The notes below the pieces were generated by a model. It saw only the letters and a list, made by a program, of their open reading frames with translations, was not told the DNA's origin and ran no database searches. The translations under genes were made by a program, and so were the position numbers. A DNA stretch of 64,000 nucleotides from an uncultured Anaerolinea sp. (GTDB taxonomy: Bacteria > Chloroflexota > Anaerolineae > Anaerolineales > Anaerolineaceae): NCBI GenBank assembly GCA_964624535.1, contig CAZUXF010000003.1:104308-168307 (forward strand). Reading direction: 5' to 3'. Below, one piece after another: positions 58,750 through 64,000 of the stretch (position 1 is its first letter; every line of letters starts with the position of its first letter).

Positions 58750-61008
58750 TTATTCCACGCTCTCGAGATTTGCCAGCGAAGCAAGCAGACGTTTCATGCC
58801 TATGGACGAGAAATGAATTTCCACGGTTTCCTCACCATCGGAATCCACCTTGCTATCCAGTACGATGCCTTCACCCCAATCTTCGCGATCAGGCTTGCGC
58901 ACGCGCATGCCGGCTTTGAATTTCGGCTCTTTCGTGGAGGGCATCACCGTCTGGGTCACCCGGCGGGTCACACCGGTGGTGCTCCAGCGAAAGTCGTCTT
59001 CGCGCGCTTCGCGCCGGGTGGTGTTGCGCCGGCCTTGATTGACGACCAAATCATCACTGATATCGGCCAGGAACCGAGACGCTTCGCTATACTCCCATGA
59101 GCCAAACCCAGAACGGCGCTCGGCGCGCAGCAGGTATAACTGGTTGCGGGCGCGGGTCAACCCTACATAGAACAGGCGGCGTTCCTCAGACATTTCCTCA
59201 GGGTCGTCGCGCGAACGGCTGTGCGGAAGCAAGCCTTCGTCCAGGCCGATGATGAACACCTGATTGTATTCCAACCCCTTGGCGGAGTGCAGGGTCAGCA
59301 GCGTCACCGCCCCCTGCTCTTTTGCAGTGTCTACTGACTCTTCGTTGCTTGGAATAGTATCCCCCGCGCTGCTTGGGATGGTATCCTGGTCAGAGACCAG
59401 GGCCAGGTTCTGCAGAAATTCGGTCAGCCCCTTTTCCTCGAAGTCGAAGGCCAGCCGGCGCAACTCCAGCACGTTTTCCCAGCGGTCGTTGCCGTCATCG
59501 CTCTGGTCGTTGATGTAACGCTCGTAGCCCACGTCGTGGACGATGCGGTCGAACAAGGCGGCAATTGATGAACTGCTTTTGGCGGCCTGCCACTCATTGA
59601 GCAGCGCGCCGAAATCCGCGACGATGGCCGCGGCACGCCCGACCTGCTGCCAATAAGGGGACGCGTCGCCGTTCCTGCCGAGATCCAGCAGCACATCGCC
59701 GGCGCTGATGCCGGCCATGAAAGCCGCGTTCTGCAACGCGCTGACGGTCTTATCACCGATGCCGCGCGGCGGCACGGAGATCACGCGTAATAAACTGACC
59801 TCGTCGGCGGGGTTTTCGAGCAGACGCAGGAAGCAGATCATGTCCTTAACTTCCTTGCGGCCGTAGAATTTCTGCGCGCCGATCAACCGGTAAGGCAGGT
59901 TGGCGTGCATGCAGGCTTCTTCGATCACGCGCGATTGGGCGTTGGTGCGGTACATCACCGCGAAGTCATTGGCGGTGGCTTTGCGCGATGAAATGTATTG
60001 CTGGATGGTATCCACGACGAAGCCGGCTTCAGCGATATCATCAGTGGCCACGTACTGGACGATCTTGTTGCCCGGGCCGCGGTCGCTGAACAGGTGCTTG
60101 GGTGTGCGGTTTCGATTACGATCGATCACCTGCCGGGCGGCATCCAGCACGGTTTGTGTGGAGCGGTAATTTTGCTCAAGCAGGATCTTCTCGCACTTCG
60201 GGAAGTCCTTTTCAAAGCGTTGCACGTTGCGATAATCCGCACCGCGCCAGCGGTAGATGGACTGGTCCTCGTCGCCCACCACAAAAATATTCTTATGATA
60301 CGCGGAGAGGTGTTTAAGCAGCTGGTATTGCGCCAGGTTGGTGTCCTGGAACTCGTCGACCAGCACATGTTGAAAGCGCCGCGCGTATTTTTCAGAAATG
60401 GACGGGTTCTCCTGCAACAACCGGGCTGCCCAAAGCAGCAGGTCGTCGAAATCCACGGCGTTGGAGGTCTGCAGCATCTCCTGGTAGCGCTTGTAGACGC
60501 GCTGCACCACCTCGTCTCGGTAGGTGCGCAAGGGCATGTCGGTGGGCATCAACAGTTCGTTTTTGGCGGCCGAGATTGCGGCGTGAACGCCCGCGGGGCG
60601 GTGGGTTTTGTCGTCAATGTTGAGTTCGTGCAGGGCGCGCTTGACCAGGGTCTCCTGGTCGGAGCTGTCGAAGATCACAAAATTGGAGCTGAAAGGCAGG
60701 GCGTTTGCCTCGCGTCGCAGCAGACGGGCGCACATGGCGTGGAAGGTTCCCAGCCAGATGCCCTCCAGGTCGCGGCCCACCATGCTGACCACGCGCTGTT
60801 CCATCTCACGGGCGGCTTTGTTGGTGAACGTCACGGCGATGATGTCGTAAGCCGGCACACCTTCACGCTCGATCAGGTAGGCCAGGCGGCGGGTGAGCAC
60901 GCGCGTCTTCCCTGAGCCGGGGCCAGCCAGCACCAGCGTCTGCCCGGCGGTGGCGGTAACCGCTCTCAGTTGCTGCGGATTTAAGTTGTCAAGCAGGGAA
61001 TCGGCCAT
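58750..61008 (-). CDS. pcrA: ATP-dependent DNA helicase PcrA/UvrD
   Basis: LNPQQLRAV...AGPGSGKTRVLTRR motif I, DEFQDTN motif II, and full SF1A motif order. 752 aa. Confidence 0.9.
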   Translation of the reverse strand: MADSLLDNLNPQQLRAVTATAGQTLVLAGPGSGKTRVLTRRLAYLIEREGVPAYDIIAVTFTNKAAREMEQRVVSMVGRDLEGIWLGTFHAMCARLLRREANALPFSSNFVIFDSSDQETLVKRALHELNIDDKTHRPAGVHAAISAAKNELLMPTDMPLRTYRDEVVQRVYKRYQEMLQTSNAVDFDDLLLWAARLLQENPSISEKYARRFQHVLVDEFQDTNLAQYQLLKHLSAYHKNIFVVGDEDQSIYRWRGADYRNVQRFEKDFPKCEKILLEQNYRSTQTVLDAARQVIDRNRNRTPKHLFSDRGPGNKIVQYVATDDIAEAGFVVDTIQQYISSRKATANDFAVMYRTNAQSRVIEEACMHANLPYRLIGAQKFYGRKEVKDMICFLRLLENPADEVSLLRVISVPPRGIGDKTVSALQNAAFMAGISAGDVLLDLGRNGDASPYWQQVGRAAAIVADFGALLNEWQAAKSSSSIAALFDRIVHDVGYERYINDQSDDGNDRWENVLELRRLAFDFEEKGLTEFLQNLALVSDQDTIPSSAGDTIPSNEESVDTAKEQGAVTLLTLHSAKGLEYNQVFIIGLDEGLLPHSRSRDDPEEMSEERRLFYVGLTRARNQLYLLRAERRSGFGSWEYSEASRFLADISDDLVVNQGRRNTTRREAREDDFRWSTTGVTRRVTQTVMPSTKEPKFKAGMRVRKPDREDWGEGIVLDSKVDSDGEETVEIHFSSIGMKRLLASLANLESVE

Positions 61009-61178
61009 TTTTTCTTTTCTTTTTGTTTTTTTTGGTTTCTTCTTTGCAAAATTACTTTTTCGTGTCTTGCGTCTTTTCGTGGTTTCGCATTTGAACTAAA
61101 TCAAGCGAACTAAAGTAACCAATATCTTGCCATTTTTGTTCTTTTTAATATTTTTTTGTGTTTTCGTTGTTATTTTAT

Positions 61179-62075
61179 TTACTTCGCATCCAACCGGAAA
61201 TCATAGATTCCACCCTCAACCGGATATTTTTTACCGCAATTTCCACATTTCAGCAGCGGAGGAGTATCCGCGAGCGGAGTTTGGCAGGCCGGGCAGGCAA
61301 ACCCACCCGCGGAAAGTGTCTGAGACGCTGACAAGTCCTTTGCCAACGCTGTGGCGCGCAGGAACACGCTGGGGGTCAACTGCCACAACCCGCCGGTGAG
61401 CCCGGCCAGGCTGTCGAGCCAGGCGAGCAGCCCGGTGGGGATGACGCGCTTCAAGAAGCCGACGCGGAAGTGGCTGACGGTGATGGTGCGGTCGATCGTA
61501 AACCCGGCATCGCGCATCCAGGCACGGACGGCGGCGGGGTGGAAGTCAAAATTGAGCGGCAGATACTCCACCGGTTCGAGGGTGTAAGGCGACCAAGCCT
61601 GCTTGCCGAGCAGCCGGCGCAGCATCGATTTCAGGTTGCGCTTGTTGGCGTATTCTAATATGAAGGTGGCGTTCGCCGAGAGAACCCGCCGCACCTGGGC
61701 CAGGGCCGCGGGGGCGTCTTTCATGTGGTGCAGCGTGCGGATCATGGTGGCGCCGTCAAAGCCGCCTGGCACGAAGGGCAGGCGGTAAACGTCCGCGGCG
61801 ACGAAGGTGTAGCGCGGGTTGTCGCCCAATCGGTCGCGGGCTTGTACCAGTTGCGTACGCGAATAATCCAGGAGGGTGATCTTGTCGTAACCAGTGTAGC
61901 GCGGGGTGTTGCGTCCGGCGCCGGCGCCAAGCTCGAGCAGGTGCGCGCCGCGCGCGGGGAGCAGTTTCTTGAGCGCGATGGCCTCGCAGGCGTCCTCGTA
62001 GGCGCGCCCGCCCTTCTCCCAGAAGGAAGTCTGGTAGTCGGAGCCTTCGTAATTGCAAACAGGGGGAGTGGTCAT
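61179..62075 (-). CDS. class I SAM-dependent methyltransferase with C-terminal Trm112-like zinc ribbon
   Basis: LLELGAGAGRN SAM motif I. C-terminus has CPACQTPL...CGNCGKKYPVEGGIYDF. Confidence 0.7.
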   Translation of the reverse strand: MTTPPVCNYEGSDYQTSFWEKGGRAYEDACEAIALKKLLPARGAHLLELGAGAGRNTPRYTGYDKITLLDYSRTQLVQARDRLGDNPRYTFVAADVYRLPFVPGGFDGATMIRTLHHMKDAPAALAQVRRVLSANATFILEYANKRNLKSMLRRLLGKQAWSPYTLEPVEYLPLNFDFHPAAVRAWMRDAGFTIDRTITVSHFRVGFLKRVIPTGLLAWLDSLAGLTGGLWQLTPSVFLRATALAKDLSASQTLSAGGFACPACQTPLADTPPLLKCGNCGKKYPVEGGIYDFRLDAK

Positions 62076-62097
62076 GGGGTCAACTCTCGAGGGTTAA

Positions 62098-62210
62098 AAG
62101 TGCGTCCGGACAGGTTTGCCGGCGGCGCCCAGAGATACCTCCTTACCGCTGCTTCCTCTCGGACCTGACGGGGTTCGCAGGGCTCTGCCGCGCCGGTCCC
62201 ATCCGGGCGC
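62098..62210 (-). ncRNA. ffs: signal recognition particle RNA (4.5S-type small SRP RNA)
   Basis: Minus-strand sequence GCGCCCGGAUGGGACCGGCGCGGCAGAGCCCUGCGAACCCCGUCAGGUCCGAGAGGAAGCAGCGGUAAGGAGGUAUCUCUGGGCGCCGCCGGCAAACCUGUCCGGACGCA. It contains the universal domain IV motif GUCAGGUCC-GNRA-GGAAGCAGC (compare E. coli GGUCAGGUCCGGAAGGAAGCAGCC). Terminal helix GCGCCCGGA/UCCGGACGC, followed by CUUUU. Confidence 0.85.
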
Positions 62211-62216
62211 GACATA

Positions 62217-62245
62217 AGGATACCGCAGGAGGGGCGCGGTGTCAA
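62217..62245 (-). promoter_or_regulatory. promoter TTGACA-N17-TATCCT for ffs
   Basis: On the minus strand, TTGACA is at 62245-62240 and TATCCT at 62222-62217. The first base of the SRP terminal helix lies 7 nt downstream. Confidence 0.6.
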
Positions 62246-62258
62246 CGAGGAGGTGGGC

Positions 62259-62299
62259 AATGTTGTAGGGGCGGGTTCTGAACCCGCCCCTACAACATT
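62259..62299. repeat. GC-rich REP-like perfect hairpin
   Basis: AATGTTGTAGGGGCGGGTT-CTG-AACCCGCCCCTACAACATT, an 18-19 bp perfect stem. Sits between the GH25 gene and the ffs promoter. Confidence 0.6.
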
Positions 62300-62370
62300 C
62301 TTTGGGTTATTCCTCTGTGACCCCGTGCCTCCGTGAGAGATTATCGCATAAGGGCAGGTCGCCCCTACGA

Positions 62371-63393
62371 TTAATGCAATTCGGGGTGGGCGGCCCACAA
62401 ACGGGCCAGCTTCTCGGCGTCGGTTAGCTCGGCCGGCGGCGGGGGCGGAGGTGGAGGGGTCGACCCCAAGCGTTGCACATATTCGGGGTTTAGACTGATC
62501 CACTCGGATTTGATGTTGCTGATGCGGCCGAAGCCGTTCTTTTCCTCGAAAATGCCATACTCGCCGGGGAAGTCCGCGCGGCGCAAACGTGGATACAGGG
62601 TGCCCGGCCCGGTGCGCACGGTCAGGTTGTAGATCAGGATCTTGACTCTGAATAACTCCATGGTTTCCACCTTTCCAAAAAACGCGGCGTACTCCTGGGC
62701 GCTTGCCATCCAGGCGTTGAGATCCAAAAATTTGTACTGCATGCCCATGCTGATGCCGTCCGCGGTGCCGTCGTCGTTGACGTCGCCATCCGAGGCGTAT
62801 TGCCAGATCAGGCACTTGCCCGCCCAACCCGCGTTGCCCACCGCGCTCAGCACGGACTGCACCGTCTGGGCTTCGTTGTACCAGGCCACCCACAGGGGGC
62901 GGTCTTTAAACCAGGCCGCGAACCAATTCAGCATGCCCAGTGAACAGTAAATGCCGTTGAACTTGCCATTCAACACATCCATGCGTTCAAGGAACGCCCG
63001 CGCGATGGCCTGCGCCCTGGCCGCCACGGTGGAGATTGGCGGTGAGTAAGACGGGTTGCCGTTCTCGATATCCAGAAAGACGCTGCCCTCTGGATCAGCC
63101 TTGAGCGCGTTCCAACAGGTCTCGGCTTGCAGCCGGCCCCAGTCCGCGTCTGATACGCCGAAGTTGGCGTTACCTGTGTTGTGATTGGAGTAATAATCCA
63201 TATACCAGTAGGGGATGCGGTTGACGCGCGTCTTGGCGTTTTGCCAGTTGACCACGAAGCGCGAATCGATCGAGCGCCCGTAGCCCACGCGGATGGCGGC
63301 AAAATTGCCGCTGACCTTGCTCCAATCAATGACACCATTGAACAAGCTCACGTCAATTCCGCGGATCGGAAAAGATGAATATTGAATTCCCAT
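62371..63393 (-). CDS. GH25 muramidase with SH3-like domain, poly-Pro linker and short C-terminal tail
   Basis: RGIDVSLFNGVIDWSKV, FLDIENG and IWQYASDG are GH25 motifs. An SH3b-like segment is followed by PPPPPPPPP. ATG 63393 (SD GGAG) is preferred over TTG 63456. No signal peptide with either start. Confidence 0.75.
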   Translation of the reverse strand: MGIQYSSFPIRGIDVSLFNGVIDWSKVSGNFAAIRVGYGRSIDSRFVVNWQNAKTRVNRIPYWYMDYYSNHNTGNANFGVSDADWGRLQAETCWNALKADPEGSVFLDIENGNPSYSPPISTVAARAQAIARAFLERMDVLNGKFNGIYCSLGMLNWFAAWFKDRPLWVAWYNEAQTVQSVLSAVGNAGWAGKCLIWQYASDGDVNDDGTADGISMGMQYKFLDLNAWMASAQEYAAFFGKVETMELFRVKILIYNLTVRTGPGTLYPRLRRADFPGEYGIFEEKNGFGRISNIKSEWISLNPEYVQRLGSTPPPPPPPPAELTDAEKLARLWAAHPELH

Positions 63394-63519
63394 GCGCTTT
63401 CTCCAGGGCGAGTGCCGGTCGAACCATTCAGACCGTGGCACTTCGCGATTGTCCAAATATCCAGTTTGCTTGTTGCAAGAAAAGAACCAGCCGCTTCAGA
63501 ATACGTCCAAGAAACACAC

Positions 63520-63548
63520 TTGACTTAATAGAACGTTTGTTTTATAAT
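63520..63548 (+). promoter_or_regulatory. promoter TTGACT-N17-TATAAT
   Basis: Hexamers at 63520-63525 and 63543-63548, 29 nt upstream of the VOC gene. Confidence 0.55.
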
Positions 63549-63577
63549 AAAAAGATCACATTCACCTGGAGGGAAAG

Positions 63578-63988
63578 ATGCAACCCACGAAATTCGGCCA
63601 CCTGGTGGTGCACAGTGCCCCGCAAAATCGCTCATTTTACAAAGACCTGTTCGTTTTCCTTGGATGGAAGGTGCTTTACGACGTCCCTGAAATGCTCGGC
63701 GTTGGAGACGCCACCGACGGAAGCCTGTGGTTCGGCGACCCGCTCAAGCAGCACGCCAACGATTATGACGGTATCGGCGTCAACCACATCGGCATCTCCG
63801 CCCCCACTCGCGCCACCGTGGACGAAACCGTGGAATGGCTCAAACAGCGCGGCATCCCCGCCCTTTTTGAAACCCCTCGGCATCGCGCCGAGTTCAGCGC
63901 CAGCGAGAATGACACCTATTACCAGGTCATGTTCGAATCCCCCGACAGGGTATTGTTTGAAGTGGTCTACGTCGGCCCCAAAGCCTGA
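63578..63988 (+). CDS. VOC (glyoxalase/bleomycin-resistance/dioxygenase) family protein
   Basis: 136 aa with paired beta-alpha-beta-beta-beta-type segments (FGHLVVHS..., VNHIGISA...). SD GGAGGG. Confidence 0.65.
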   Translation: MQPTKFGHLVVHSAPQNRSFYKDLFVFLGWKVLYDVPEMLGVGDATDGSLWFGDPLKQHANDYDGIGVNHIGISAPTRATVDETVEWLKQRGIPALFETPRHRAEFSASENDTYYQVMFESPDRVLFEVVYVGPKA

Positions 63989-64000
63989 CGCTCCATTTTG

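Noticed and set aside
62072-62893. 273-aa minus-strand ORF
   Set aside because: It runs across the SRP RNA, its promoter, the REP-like hairpin and the 3' end of the GH25 gene in another frame, with an Arg/Gly/Pro-rich translation.
62371-63456. Prophage or defence island around the GH25 lysin
   Set aside because: No integrase, terminase, capsid, holin or other phage-like ORFs lie on either side within the window.

Overview
This is a 64 kb stretch of a moderately GC-rich bacterial chromosome made up mostly of housekeeping genes. The gene content, GC-rich REP-like hairpins and several leaderless-looking promoters fit a Chloroflexota/Anaerolineae-like organism, but that is low-confidence inference. 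I see no rRNA, CRISPR array, transposase, integrase or phage block. About 60 protein genes are supportable, including dnaN (partial), ychF, namA, surE, azlCD, two deoxynucleoside kinases, spoVS, pepF, hutI, clpC, glgC, a P-type ATPase, rnhB, gatCA and a separate gatB, coaX, gdh, apbC/mrp, lctP and pcrA. Features absent from the ORF track:
- three tRNAs: Leu-CAA, Arg-GCG and Pro-TGG
- a fragment of a second tRNA-Pro
- a 56-aa 2x[4Fe-4S] ferredoxin
- a 4.5S-type SRP RNA with its own promoter
- many intrinsic terminators

Most interesting observations:
1. A tight cluster of five perfect DnaA boxes next to an AT-rich tract at 8.8-9.2 kb. This is a candidate oriC that is not adjacent to dnaA or dnaN.
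2. An operon encoding a pore-less MgtE cytosolic sensor module (PRC-barrel, MgtE_N and CBS domains) followed by an Nramp-family transporter. The transporter's metal-site motifs are non-canonical (D-A-G-G instead of DPGN, T-P-W instead of M-P-H). The operon sits behind a roughly 350-nt leader that ends in an intrinsic terminator.
3. A structured RNA or small-ORF element with its own terminator upstream of gdh.
4. A duplicated 3' half of tRNA-Pro.
5. An orphan 770-aa zinc-ribbon membrane protein whose Shine-Dalgarno (SD) sequence can be sequestered by its leader.

I found no clear-cut novel defence or mobile system. The split MgtE-sensor/Nramp pair is my best candidate for an undescribed system.
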